A stretch of 61,933 nt of DNA, the filler included. It is 7 parts of 7 records of this genome, joined end to end, with 100 filler letters (N's around TTAATTAATTAA, not from the genome) between each part and the next. Parts side by side here need not be neighbours in the genome. Positions count along the whole stretch, not along the records: positions 9,686 to 22,270 come from SRR31156797_53355; 6 more parts are not named here. One strand, written 5' to 3'. Under the pieces are notes generated by a model. That model was given only the letters and a program-made list of their open reading frames with translations. It did no database searches and was not told the origin of the DNA. The position numbers and the translations under genes were made by a program. This document shows, one piece after another, positions 9,914 through 19,866 of the stretch; within the stretch, counting starts at the first letter, position 1, and each line of letters starts with the position of its first letter.

Positions 9914-11587
9914 TTAACGCTTCATGGCGATAACTTCGCCGAGCATTGAGTCCGTTGTGGTGATGACCTTGGTGTTAGCCTGGAATCCGCGCTGCGTGGT
10001 GATCATGCGAACGAATTCAGTGGCCATGTCGACGTTGGACATCTCCAGAGAGTTGCCGTCAATGGTTCCCTTGCCTGTGGAGCCTGCTTGCCCTGTAAGG
10101 GCGGGGCCGGATTCACGGGTTTCAGAGAACAGGTTGCCGCCTTCACGTCTGAGGCCGTGCTCGTTTGTAAAGGTTGCCAAAGTGACGGCGTAGAGTTCTA
10201 GTACCTGGCCATTGGAATAATGGCCGGTGATTACGCCTTCGCGAGAAACCGAGATGTTTTGCAATATACCTGCGGAGTAACCGTTCTGGCTCTGGAACAG
10301 TGTGGAGGAACCGCCGGTGTCGTAGCTTTGGGTGGCCAGTGCGCTGACAGCGGGATCCTTGAAGTTTGCCAAATATCCGGTGTTACTGATGTCGTTGCCG
10401 ACCATGGCCGCGGTGGTAGGCAATGTGCCAAGGCCGCCTTGCCAACCGATGGTAACCGCGCCACCGCTACTGGACAAGTCGCGGTTGCTCATGCCGAAAT
10501 CGATTTGAAGTGGTGTGGCATTTGTCGCTTGAGCTGTGCTGGCATTGGATTTGCCTAAGAAGTTGGCTGTACAAACGGGGTAACCACTGGTGGAGAAATC
10601 TGCCAGATCCCAGTTGTTCAGGTCCTTCAGTGCTCCACCACCGTTTGACTTGAGCGTATATGCGCTCATGCCGGACAACTGGCCTGTGGTGAACGTCATG
10701 GTGCCGATCATGAGCACGCCTGCAGCTGAAGTTGCTCCCTGTCCGACGGAGGTTTGAATTCCGTTCGCGCCGGAAAGGATACGCCGATCAGCATTAGGTT
10801 CACAAGTGACCATGTATTCCCACACCGTATCGCCACCAGCGTTGCTCATTGTTACCTGATCGTAATATACTGTCAGGTTATGCGCGGTGCCGATGTCGTC
10901 ATAGACTTTCAGGGTGGTTGAATACCCATAAAGCGTGGGTGCCAGCGGAGTTTCTTCGTGACCGCGCCAGTTGTTGAACATGGCAAAGTACGGATTGGTA
11001 TCGCTGGACGATCTGTCCGGTGCCGTCGGGTCCAGGTTGGTGACGATGGACACATTGCTGGTAGCATTGGGCTCGGATTGGAAATTTTCCAATCTGATGT
11101 CCGTAGGTGTTCCGACGATTCGGGCCGAACGAGGGGACAAGGATGTGTCCGAACTGGAAGTTGTCACGGATGTCGTGGAACGTTCGATTTCCCATCCTTG
11201 CAGAACGTAGCCGTGGGGATCCACGAGAAACCCGTCCTGATCAAAGCGGAAGTTACCTGCTCTGGAAAAATACTTCATGTCTTCGCCGAGGGGCGAAACG
11301 AGAAACATGCCGTCACCGGATATTGCCATGTCTGTGGCTTCAGTGGACGCTTCGAAAGCTCCTTGGCCAAAGTCCGAATAGACAGTGGACACACGGACTC
11401 CGCGTCCTACCTGGCCGATGCCGTTGACCGTGGAAAAATCGGTGCTCATGAGGTCTTCGAACTGCATCCGTGCGCCTTTGAAACCCGTGGTGTTCACGTT
11501 GGCGAGGTTGTTGCCGATGACCGTCATCCGTTCGGAATGCACCGTAAGGCCTGAAATGCCTGAATAAAGTGATGCTCCTAAACCCAT
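9914..11587 (-). CDS. flgE: Flagellar hook protein
   Basis: N-terminal GNNLANVNTTGFK, SRAGNF, C-terminal LEMSNVD..EF..MI..QRGFQAN. Located downstream of flgD. Confidence 0.96.
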   Translation of the reverse strand: MGLGASLYSGISGLTVHSERMTVIGNNLANVNTTGFKGARMQFEDLMSTDFSTVNGIGQVGRGVRVSTVYSDFGQGAFEASTEATDMAISGDGMFLVSPLGEDMKYFSRAGNFRFDQDGFLVDPHGYVLQGWEIERSTTSVTTSSSDTSLSPRSARIVGTPTDIRLENFQSEPNATSNVSIVTNLDPTAPDRSSSDTNPYFAMFNNWRGHEETPLAPTLYGYSTTLKVYDDIGTAHNLTVYYDQVTMSNAGGDTVWEYMVTCEPNADRRILSGANGIQTSVGQGATSAAGVLMIGTMTFTTGQLSGMSAYTLKSNGGGALKDLNNWDLADFSTSGYPVCTANFLGKSNASTAQATNATPLQIDFGMSNRDLSSSGGAVTIGWQGGLGTLPTTAAMVGNDISNTGYLANFKDPAVSALATQSYDTGGSSTLFQSQNGYSAGILQNISVSREGVITGHYSNGQVLELYAVTLATFTNEHGLRREGGNLFSETRESGPALTGQAGSTGKGTIDGNSLEMSNVDMATEFVRMITTQRGFQANTKVITTTDSMLGEVIAMKR

Positions 11588-11653
11588 ATCTACCTCCTAA
11601 TCTCTTCTCCAAGAGCCTGCGGCGTGGATGCCGTCAGGTAAAATTCATATGAC

Positions 11654-12388
11654 CTATTCTTCTTCGCCGTTCTCATCTTCTGAGGGGTCCACCACCGGAT
11701 CTGTGCCGGGATCAACCACTTCCTTGACGTTGAGGAAACTGACAAATCTACCATCGCTCAGGCGCAGATATTGTGTGCCCTTTTCGTTGACTACGGCATC
11801 GACCCTGCCGGAAATTTCCGTTTGGACCATGACGTGTTTGCCGTTGAGATCTTCACCAAGGATACCGATGCCGTATTGGCCATCGGGCAATTTTTGACCC
11901 GCTTCGTTCTTGCCATCCCACTCGTACTGATACGACCCGGCTTTCTTGCTTCCCAACTCGACAGACCGAACGATGGCGCCTTCGGAATCGTAGATGTTCA
12001 TCATGATTTTCGAGACAGGTTCACCAAAACCATAATAAATGGTCGAGGCGTTGCCTTCGTTCATGCTGATCTTGTAACCTTCAGCCTTGACTTCTTTGCC
12101 GATGAAGCTGACGGCGGAGAGCATGTCGCTTTGTTGCATGGAGCTACCCAGCGACTTGATGCCGTCGTTGATGTTGGTGAGCTGCTCAAGGCTTGAGAAC
12201 TCTGCCAACTGGGAGGTCATCTCTGTGTCCTCCATTGGATTGAGCGGATCCTGATGGGTAAGCTGTGCCACCAGGATGGTCAGGAATGAATCCTGATCCA
12301 TTTTCGATTTGTGCTCTGGGGAGTTGGATGCGGCGAGTCGCTGCTCCTGTGCCCCGAGAATCATTCCACCATTGTCTATGTAACCCAT
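11654..12388 (-). CDS. flgD: Flagellar hook capping protein
   Basis: FLTILVAQLTHQDPLNP, SQLAEFSSLEQL, WDG. Confidence 0.96.
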   Translation of the reverse strand: MGYIDNGGMILGAQEQRLAASNSPEHKSKMDQDSFLTILVAQLTHQDPLNPMEDTEMTSQLAEFSSLEQLTNINDGIKSLGSSMQQSDMLSAVSFIGKEVKAEGYKISMNEGNASTIYYGFGEPVSKIMMNIYDSEGAIVRSVELGSKKAGSYQYEWDGKNEAGQKLPDGQYGIGILGEDLNGKHVMVQTEISGRVDAVVNEKGTQYLRLSDGRFVSFLNVKEVVDPGTDPVVDPSEDENGEEE

Positions 12389-12400
12389 AATAGACCTCTC

Positions 12401-14113
12401 CTACGCAATAACGTGTAACCCATGTGCGGCATTAATTGCCTGCTCACGGAGTAGTTGCAGGTCTCGGGCCACCATGCCGCCATCGCCGTTGCGCATGTTC
12501 TTCATATGGTTGCGCATGGCTACCATGGCTTCTTGATCGCGGGCCATATTATGTTGTTCTTGTCCGAACCAATCATGGGCATCCTGATTGTTGGCGAGCC
12601 CGGTTTGGACGTCGAGTTTCTCAACTTTCAGTCCTTGATTTTCTAAAGAATTCTTAATGATATCTATATTTTCATTGATAATCTTAGCCGCTTCAGGACT
12701 CTCTGCTCGGATGCTTGCGCTTACTTCCTTGCCATTGACCTGAAGCACAATGGAGAGCTTGCCGAGGTTCTCAGGTGTGAGTTGCAGAGTGAGCTGCTTG
12801 CCACCATTATTCAAAGTTTTGATGAAGGCATTGTCCACCTGCTTCATGACCTTGGGGGCGGAAACTTTTTCCCATGCCTTGGTTTTGGTTCCGGTCTCGG
12901 TCGTGGTGGTCAATCCTGTCTTGAGAGTCTGGGTCGTATCTTCGGTTTTGGTCTGTACCTTGCTTTGTGCAGGACGAGAACCATCGTCGTTGACTTTGCC
13001 AAGCAGGTTGGTCCAGTGCTCATCGGATTCATTTTTCTGCTGTTCGGGAGAGTCCGTATTAGCATCAGGTTTGGCGTCGGTTTTGATCTCGACCTTATCC
13101 GCCAGATTCTTTTCGGAATGGTCTCTAACTTTGGCCTCCGGCAGGGAGTCTTTTCGGTCCTGTGTCACCTGTTTGAAATTTTCATTCACTTCGGTTTTGA
13201 GAGAATCTTCTGCCACGCGGGGCTTCAGATCAACGGCTTCGGCAACTTGACGCGCAAGGGTGCTTTCCTTGGCAGAGTCGCCCATGGCATTGACAAAGCC
13301 TTTGGTGATTGTGCGAACCAGTTCCTGATCCTTTGAGTCCATCTTTCCCATTTCCTGACGTATCAGGGTAAAGGCTTGCTTGACGTCTTTAGGCAAGGAA
13401 TTGGTGCCGAAAAGCTCCTGTACCTTGGCGGTGAATTCTTTGGAAAAGCTCAGAGCCGAAGTGAAAGCTTCTATCTCCTGCTTGTTAAAGAGCAATTGCT
13501 TACCTTGCGGCATAGCGTCGACTTTGGCCTGGAGAGCCTTCATGACTTTGGCCTGATTACCGTTTTCCAGATCGCCGATCAGTTTTTCACTTTCCTTGTC
13601 CGTAAAGCCAAATTTTGAAAAGAAAGAATTCAGTTTTCCTTTTTGTTCATCTGAAAATTCGTGTGTTCGCATTTCGGCCATACTTTGGGCCACGGTGGAG
13701 ACAAATTGCCCCCACGTCATACCGTCTTCACTATTTATCTTATCTTCAATCTCAGTGATTTCTTCTTCGCTCATCCCATATGCTTCAAGGTCGTCCTTGA
13801 CTTCGTCGAAATCTTCTTGAGTCATCAGGGAATCGCGTTCATCCACTTCGGGCTCTGGTTCTTCCTGAACCGGAACTTTGGTGCCGGCGGCATTAACTGC
13901 TTCTTCCTGTGTGTCAGTATCAGGAGCGGATTCGAGCATTTGTTCCTGAGAGGAGACAGGTGCCAGGGCGAGTTCGTTCTCGACCATATTGGCGTGCTCA
14001 TTGAACAGATCAGCGAACAGGGCGTGTTGATCACCCTTGTTGGCGGAGGCTATTTTCACCACCGGAAGTTGTTCGGTTGTCTTTTCTATGGCGATGCCGG
14101 GAATATTTTGCAT
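12401..14113 (-). CDS. fliK: Flagellar hook-length control protein
   Basis: C-terminal LQLTPENLGKL..L (Flg_hook) motif, long low-complexity N-terminal region, upstream of flgD. Start placed at ATG 14113 behind AAGGAG. Confidence 0.88.
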   Translation of the reverse strand: MQNIPGIAIEKTTEQLPVVKIASANKGDQHALFADLFNEHANMVENELALAPVSSQEQMLESAPDTDTQEEAVNAAGTKVPVQEEPEPEVDERDSLMTQEDFDEVKDDLEAYGMSEEEITEIEDKINSEDGMTWGQFVSTVAQSMAEMRTHEFSDEQKGKLNSFFSKFGFTDKESEKLIGDLENGNQAKVMKALQAKVDAMPQGKQLLFNKQEIEAFTSALSFSKEFTAKVQELFGTNSLPKDVKQAFTLIRQEMGKMDSKDQELVRTITKGFVNAMGDSAKESTLARQVAEAVDLKPRVAEDSLKTEVNENFKQVTQDRKDSLPEAKVRDHSEKNLADKVEIKTDAKPDANTDSPEQQKNESDEHWTNLLGKVNDDGSRPAQSKVQTKTEDTTQTLKTGLTTTTETGTKTKAWEKVSAPKVMKQVDNAFIKTLNNGGKQLTLQLTPENLGKLSIVLQVNGKEVSASIRAESPEAAKIINENIDIIKNSLENQGLKVEKLDVQTGLANNQDAHDWFGQEQHNMARDQEAMVAMRNHMKNMRNGDGGMVARDLQLLREQAINAAHGLHVIA

Positions 14114-14138
14114 ACTTTTCTCCTTCGTCACTTTTACA

Positions 14139-14155
14139 ATCAAAAGACGTGCCAA
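14139..14155 (-). promoter_or_regulatory. Putative sigma54 (-24/-12) promoter of fliK-flgD-flgE
   Basis: Minus strand TTGGCACGTCTTTTGAT versus consensus TGGCAC-N5-TTGC(A/T): one mismatch at -12, correct spacing, about 26 nt before the ATG. Confidence 0.65.
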
Positions 14156-14245
14156 AGGGAAAGTACTAAAGAATCAGTGTGTTGACCGAATGTTCAGGTA
14201 GGAAGAAATGGCCCTTTCAGGCTTTGGAAGTCGGGAAAGCAGCGT

Positions 14246-15655
14246 TTATCGGCAGGCTGTAATCAATTTTTCCAGAAGCGTGAGAACTCTGCCCCATGCT
14301 GGACGGGAGTAATCGTTGTTCTCAAGGTACATGTGGGCATACCCGGTGAGTGGTTTGACAACGGCGGGGCTGGCTGCCCAGAAGGATTCGTCGAGAATTG
14401 CGCCACTTTTCAACCCATGTTTGAACTGGCGGCCCATTTCCGGGATATGTGAGAGTAATGCTTCCGCTTCTTTTTCGGCAGATTCGGTAAGGTTAGTCCA
14501 TGCCGCTGAAGGGAGTGAAGATTCCCATAGGCCGAATTCTTGGCCGAAGTATCGTTGCCAGAAGCGTGCGAGGAGTCTTTCGGCATCTGGTGGTGCTGGG
14601 TCAAGTCTCTTTATCTGGTAGAGACCGAGGTCGGATTTCTTTGTTTGGAAGAGAGTCAGTCCTGGCAGGTCCAGCTTTGCGAGTTTGTTTGAATTGTCTC
14701 CGGCTAATATGCGTACGGCAAGTGCGGCCACGCGTCCGGGTTTGAATGCGTCGCGGCAGTAGAGCCGATCACGGGTACACTGCCAACATCCTTTGGCACA
14801 ATCCATATCTGCACGGAGTACGTAGTGGCCGGGTGAGTATGGGCCGGTTTCCCATGGGTTTACGTTCCCCATGGACAAATTCAGGCACTTCAAGCCGGAC
14901 CATGCCGCCAGATGCATGGGACCGGTATCTGGAGTGATGAATAACCCCAGCGTTTGTCCAACAACACTGAATTCATCGAGCCCAAGGGTTCCGCACAGAT
15001 TCAGGGCTGGGCCTTTCGCGAGTGAGACGACTTTGAGTCCCAATTCTTTTTCTGCCGGACCGCCAAAGAGAACCGGGCGCAGATTGCGACCATGTAGTTC
15101 ATCAACCAGTGCAGCCCAAAAGGTGGCGGAAGGGCGTTTTGCAGCATCGCTTGCACCCAGGAAAAGACCGACTTTGTGTCCATCCGCAAGAGTGCGGGGC
15201 ATACTGAATTGGGTGGCTTTGATGCTTGCATGTGGTACAACATCAAGAGCGTTGAGTTCCGCCCAATGATACCGGTTGTACAGATTGTTTTTTACGAGTG
15301 ATGTTCGGTAAAGCTGCCAGTCTCCATGAACAAAGTGGGAGCCGTCGGCAGATTGAACCGGACCGAGTTTATGCTCAGCTGAGACTTCGCCTGCCAGAAT
15401 AGCGGCTTTTTCTTGAATGGATAGATTGAGAACGAGTTCGAAGGAATGACGTTTGAGGACATGCAGGCCGGACCATGGGAAATATGTGACAGCCGGTGAG
15501 AGCTTCATGAGGGGGGCGTAGAAGGTCTCCTCAGCCGCGACAAAAATAGGGTGGCCGGGATAGCTTCTGGCGAGCCAGAGCATGAGCGGATATGAGAGAA
15601 TGAGATCCCCCATTCGCTGCATTTGGAGTATGAGAATCGGTTTTTTATCCGCCAT
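14246..15655 (-). CDS. Glycosyltransferase family 9 (heptosyltransferase-like)
   Basis: ILILQMQRMGDLI, LGAS..AKR, ITPDTGPMHLAA. Confidence 0.87.
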   Translation of the reverse strand: MADKKPILILQMQRMGDLILSYPLMLWLARSYPGHPIFVAAEETFYAPLMKLSPAVTYFPWSGLHVLKRHSFELVLNLSIQEKAAILAGEVSAEHKLGPVQSADGSHFVHGDWQLYRTSLVKNNLYNRYHWAELNALDVVPHASIKATQFSMPRTLADGHKVGLFLGASDAAKRPSATFWAALVDELHGRNLRPVLFGGPAEKELGLKVVSLAKGPALNLCGTLGLDEFSVVGQTLGLFITPDTGPMHLAAWSGLKCLNLSMGNVNPWETGPYSPGHYVLRADMDCAKGCWQCTRDRLYCRDAFKPGRVAALAVRILAGDNSNKLAKLDLPGLTLFQTKKSDLGLYQIKRLDPAPPDAERLLARFWQRYFGQEFGLWESSLPSAAWTNLTESAEKEAEALLSHIPEMGRQFKHGLKSGAILDESFWAASPAVVKPLTGYAHMYLENNDYSRPAWGRVLTLLEKLITACR

Positions 15656-15658
15656 GGA

Positions 15659-16882
15659 TTACTCGAACGTTTGGCGCATGGTTTCAATAAGGCTGAGCAT
15701 ACGGTGGTCGTATGTATGTTCTGCCAATACGCGTTTGCGGGCGGCGTCGATGACTTTTTGCCGTTTGTCCGGTGCGTTTAAATAAATGTCCACCAGTCCG
15801 GGAATTTCGTCCGGGTGGTTGTAAAAGACGATTTCCTTGCCCGGTTCGAAGAGCTCTTCCATCTGACGGCGGTAGTCTGTGAGCAGAAACGCTCCGCAGG
15901 TAGGCACGTCAAAGACGCGTTGGTTGACTGCGCCTTTCATTTGCTGACTGGTACAGTTGAAGTTGATGTCGGAGAGTGGATAGAAATCCGGTAGGTCATC
16001 GTAGTAGGATAACTCGGAATGATATTTCCAGCCCATGCGCCCTTTGAGCAGTTCGTTCCAACCGGGATCGCCTACGATGAGCGGGTTGAAGTCGAGGATG
16101 CGAAGGATGCAGTCCAGTCTGTAGAGCAGGGTCGACTGCCATGTGATGAAAGTTAGGTATGCCTGTTTTCGTTCTGGAGTTTGTAGAGTATCGAATTCTG
16201 AGAGTAGTTCAGGAAAATGTTGTCTCAGGAATCGACCGGCCTGAGGCTCGCCGGATTCTCCAAAGGCCTTGGCGACCACCATACCGGCTTCCAGTAAACG
16301 GGGAGATGGCATGGATGCCTGAATGCGTTTGATTGTTTTGGTCAACATGGAGTTGCCGACAAAGGAAATGGGGGCACGCCATTCTTCCACTGGTTGAGTG
16401 CGGTGCGGTACCAGTCTTGTGGGGTCGGCTCCGAGCGGAAGATGAAAGACGTTTTGGAATCCCATGTCCTTGAGTGAGTCCACGGTGTCGAAGTCCCAAG
16501 TGAACAGGGCTGTTCGGCATTCGAAGAGGTTCTGGTAGGCATCAAGGATGAGGTGCGGGTTGTCTACGAACCAGGATGCCAGTGGAATATCGTAATTCTT
16601 GAGCAGAGTGGTAAGTATCCCTTCGCGGTCAACGCCGAGATGATTGACCGTGAGTACGAAGTCCGGTTTGAAGGAGGTCAAGGTCGCCACCATTTGTGCA
16701 ACGAAGGAATCGAGGTCCATTTCCTTGGTGCCGAAATCCAGGAAATGATATTCTACGCCGAGTCGTTCACACGCGGCTTTAAGTTCGCCGATAAGAAAAT
16801 ATTGGCTGGTGAGCAGGAGTATGCGCGGAGCGGTTCCCTTGAAATTTGGCCGTGTGTTTTGGTCTTTTAGCATTGTCCGCAA
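15659..16882 (-). CDS. CgeB-like glycosyltransferase (Glyco_trans_1_2 type)
   Basis: SWFVDNP, HLPLGAD, ISFVG, NQRVFDV..CG.FLLTD, EHTY.HR. Confidence 0.82.
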   Translation of the reverse strand: MRTMLKDQNTRPNFKGTAPRILLLTSQYFLIGELKAACERLGVEYHFLDFGTKEMDLDSFVAQMVATLTSFKPDFVLTVNHLGVDREGILTTLLKNYDIPLASWFVDNPHLILDAYQNLFECRTALFTWDFDTVDSLKDMGFQNVFHLPLGADPTRLVPHRTQPVEEWRAPISFVGNSMLTKTIKRIQASMPSPRLLEAGMVVAKAFGESGEPQAGRFLRQHFPELLSEFDTLQTPERKQAYLTFITWQSTLLYRLDCILRILDFNPLIVGDPGWNELLKGRMGWKYHSELSYYDDLPDFYPLSDINFNCTSQQMKGAVNQRVFDVPTCGAFLLTDYRRQMEELFEPGKEIVFYNHPDEIPGLVDIYLNAPDKRQKVIDAARKRVLAEHTYDHRMLSLIETMRQTFE

Positions 16883-16907
16883 CGATACCTGCGCCTGACC
16901 TATTTGT

Positions 16908-18326
16908 CTACAACTCGCCGGAGCCGTTGCGTTTCTTGGACCGATAGAGGTCTTTGTCCGCTCGCATGGTTATGGAAAGGAGGTCTTCCCCTTCTTCATA
17001 TTGAGCCACCCCATAACTGAATGAGATGGGAAGGTCCTCGGAAGATTCGGCTACGGCGGTGAGTGCTCGTTCTGCCAATGCACTGGCATCATCCATGTTA
17101 CCGGTCAGGAAAATGATGAATTCATCGCCACCCCAACGAGCCAAAATATCTGTCGGCCTGATGGTTTTTCCTACGGTGTCAGCTACACATTTAAGCACTT
17201 CATCGCCTTTGAGGTGTCCGTGCTTGTCGTTGACATCTTTGAATTTATTGAGATCGATGATGATCGTGGATAATTGTTCATGGTACCGTTTCGCTTTGTA
17301 GGTCGCCTGTTGGAAATAGATTTCCAAGGCACGACGGTTGGCGACGCCAGTCAACGGATCGGTTTGGGCTAGCCGTTCCAACCGTCCCTGGAAGTGATTG
17401 ACCGTGAACGTACACAGTACAATGATCAGGATGGATGTGCATATACCTATAGTAATGGTGCGGACGAGATTATCCCGCGCAGAAATCAAAGCGTCATCTT
17501 CGCTTTGTTCAACGATGAGATACCAATTTAGTTCCGGGATGTATTGGGTTGAAAGCAGATAGTGAGTGTCGTCCCAATTATATTCCAAGCTGAGTGATTT
17601 TTCTCTTTTGGTGAGTATCTTTGAAGCAAGGTCACGGATTCCACCGGCCTTGGCAATGGAATGTTTCTCGATAAGCCGTTTGTCGTGGTGCACCTGAACC
17701 AGGCCATCCTGATCCACGAGGTAAATTTTTCTGTTGTATTTCTTTTTTGATTTTTTCAGGAGCTCGGCAGCATGATCGATGTTTAACCCTACACCGGCAA
17801 CACCGATGAAACGGCCATTGTTGTCTTCTACTCTGAAGTTAACAAAAATCGTCAGTTTGTTGTTTTCAACTTCATTGGTGTCCACGTCCAGATCGAATTC
17901 CTTGCCTGATCGTCTGAAAGCATAAAACCAGATATCATGAGGGTCCCGTGGGTTGATTTCTTTGAGGATGCCTTCCTGACTGTAATAGGCGTCTGTTGCT
18001 GATGAGACGAAAAAGGTGGAAATGAATCCATATTTTTCCTGGATTTTTTTGAGGTAATTTGTGATCTGACCGATATCCAGTTCTCCGTCGGTCACCCAGT
18101 TTTTGAGAAATGTGTCATTGGCCATTGAGGAGGACACGAGCAGTGGCCGCATCATGACGGCTTGAATTTCCGAATAGATATTTTTGCCGGTCAACGGCAG
18201 GGAGGAGTGGAGCAATTCGGCTCGGATGGCCCTGCGCGTGAAAACGTAGTTGACCAGACTTGTTGCCAGAAAAGCGGAAACAAGAATGAAGGAAAGGGCT
18301 AATATCAGTTTGGATTTAATGCTCAT
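16908..18326 (-). CDS. Membrane diguanylate cyclase (Cache-like sensor + GGDEF)
   Basis: Two TM segments flank an extracytoplasmic domain. TDPLTGVANRR, RPTD I-site, RWGGDEF active site. Confidence 0.92.
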   Translation of the reverse strand: MSIKSKLILALSFILVSAFLATSLVNYVFTRRAIRAELLHSSLPLTGKNIYSEIQAVMMRPLLVSSSMANDTFLKNWVTDGELDIGQITNYLKKIQEKYGFISTFFVSSATDAYYSQEGILKEINPRDPHDIWFYAFRRSGKEFDLDVDTNEVENNKLTIFVNFRVEDNNGRFIGVAGVGLNIDHAAELLKKSKKKYNRKIYLVDQDGLVQVHHDKRLIEKHSIAKAGGIRDLASKILTKREKSLSLEYNWDDTHYLLSTQYIPELNWYLIVEQSEDDALISARDNLVRTITIGICTSILIIVLCTFTVNHFQGRLERLAQTDPLTGVANRRALEIYFQQATYKAKRYHEQLSTIIIDLNKFKDVNDKHGHLKGDEVLKCVADTVGKTIRPTDILARWGGDEFIIFLTGNMDDASALAERALTAVAESSEDLPISFSYGVAQYEEGEDLLSITMRADKDLYRSKKRNGSGEL

Positions 18327-18366
18327 TACGTCAGTTTAAGGTATCTGGCCTATAAGGACAACGGGT

Positions 18367-18831
18367 TTACATCTCGTCTGAATCAAGAATGATGGTGACG
18401 GGGCCCCAGTTGGTGAAATCCAGATGCATTTCTGCTCCAAAGCGGCCTGTAGCAAATTGACCGGGGGCAGCCTTGCGTGCATCTTCCACAAAATGGTCGA
18501 ACAGGGACTCCGCGATATATGGGTGGCAAGCATTGGTGAAGGACGGGCGTCGGCCTTTCTTGCAATCAGCGTACAGCGTAAACTGGGAAATGAGCATGAT
18601 GTCGCCCTGGATGTCTGAGAGCGACCTGTTCATTTTGTCGTCTTCGTCTGGGAAGATTCGCAGGTTGACCAGTTTGTCGAGTATCTTTTCCCATACGGGC
18701 TTGCTCGGCAAATCCGCCTCATCCCCATGTCCGAATCCGACGAGCACCAACAGACCTGTGTCAATCTCGCCGACCACGGCTTCGTTGACCGTGACCTTTG
18801 CGTCAGAAACTCGTTGAATGACCAAACGCAT
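18367..18831 (-). CDS. dtd: D-aminoacyl-tRNA deacylase
   Basis: MRLVIQRV, LRIF, SQFTL, KGRRPSF, NWGPVT. Confidence 0.96.
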   Translation of the reverse strand: MRLVIQRVSDAKVTVNEAVVGEIDTGLLVLVGFGHGDEADLPSKPVWEKILDKLVNLRIFPDEDDKMNRSLSDIQGDIMLISQFTLYADCKKGRRPSFTNACHPYIAESLFDHFVEDARKAAPGQFATGRFGAEMHLDFTNWGPVTIILDSDEM

Positions 18832-18833
18832 GA

Positions 18834-19088
18834 TTAGACTATCCTTTTGTGGATGGTGGAAATGTGTTGACTGATATGCTGTTCTTCCTGTTGTTGTTTG
18901 GCTTCGTGTTGGCAGCCTTTACTCAGTGCTGCGAACAGGAAAAAACAGACGAATGCGAGGAAGGCTATCCCGCTCAGGATGCGTTTTGGATTACTGCGTG
19001 AATCCTTGGGAATGAGGAGACTTGTCATGATCTTACCGTAAGACATGCCATTGATCTCGCCCCGTTTTTCTTCTTTTTTATCTGACAC
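18834..19088 (-). CDS. Small hypothetical membrane protein
   Basis: 84 aa with one hydrophobic segment. Fills the gap between queD and dtd on the same strand with 2-nt spacings. The start could instead be an internal ATG. Confidence 0.55.
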   Translation of the reverse strand: MSDKKEEKRGEINGMSYGKIMTSLLIPKDSRSNPKRILSGIAFLAFVCFFLFAALSKGCQHEAKQQQEEQHISQHISTIHKRIV

Positions 19089-19090
19089 GG

Positions 19091-19471
19091 CTATTCTTCC
19101 CAGTAGGTTGCCTTGGAAGATTCTTTCTCTGAGACAGACACTTCGACTAACCGGACAGGCTCCGGCATGTTTCCGTTCAATTCCTTATATATAAACATGG
19201 CGATGTTTTCGGAAGAAGGATTGACTTCGGTAAAACACTCCACCTCGTTGAGATGTTTGTGATCGAGTTTTTCCAACACGTCTTTGGTGCGTTGCTTTAT
19301 TTCCTTGAAGTCGACCAGGTATTGAACTTTTTCATCCAGCTTGTCGCCTTCAACCACTACTTCCACACCGAAGTTGTGACCGTGCATGTTCTCACACTTA
19401 CCGCCGTAGTTGCGCAGTTGGTGCGATGCTGAAAAATCTTGTGTAATGGTCAATTTCCATTTGCCGGGCAT
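19091..19471 (-). CDS. queD: 6-carboxytetrahydropterin synthase
   Basis: FSASHQL, CENMHGHN, LDHKHLN, NPSSENIA, VSE. Confidence 0.94.
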   Translation of the reverse strand: MPGKWKLTITQDFSASHQLRNYGGKCENMHGHNFGVEVVVEGDKLDEKVQYLVDFKEIKQRTKDVLEKLDHKHLNEVECFTEVNPSSENIAMFIYKELNGNMPEPVRLVEVSVSEKESSKATYWEE

Positions 19472-19489
19472 ATCTTGTCCTTCGTCTTT

Positions 19490-19855
19490 TTAATACTTGT
19501 CGCGATCTTTGTACTCGTGGGGACGGCGATCGCCTCCCTGAAATTCTTCTACCGGGTACTTACGTTCGTTCCTCTCGCATTTTTCATGGGCAGCCGCAAC
19601 CAGATCAACGCCCAGCTCCGAGGATAGGCGAGTCAGGTAGATGAGTACATCGGCCAGTTCTTCGGCCACGGCTTCTTTTTTTTTGCCGTTTACATCCCAA
19701 CTTTCATCGACGGTCAGCCATTGAAAGTGTTCGACCAGTTCGCCTACCTCCGCAGTCAGGGCCATGGCGAGGTTTTTTGGGGATTGATGCTTTTGCCAGT
19801 GACGCTCTTCCACAAATTTGCGGTGACGTTCATCGAGTTGTTTGAGTGAATCCAT
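19490..19855 (-). CDS. MazG-like nucleotide pyrophosphohydrolase (dCTPase-like)
   Basis: ERHW..HQSPKNL, EVGEL.E.FQW, EELADV, KYPV. Confidence 0.88.
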   Translation of the reverse strand: MDSLKQLDERHRKFVEERHWQKHQSPKNLAMALTAEVGELVEHFQWLTVDESWDVNGKKKEAVAEELADVLIYLTRLSSELGVDLVAAAHEKCERNERKYPVEEFQGGDRRPHEYKDRDKY

Positions 19856-19866
19856 ACGCTTGTTAT

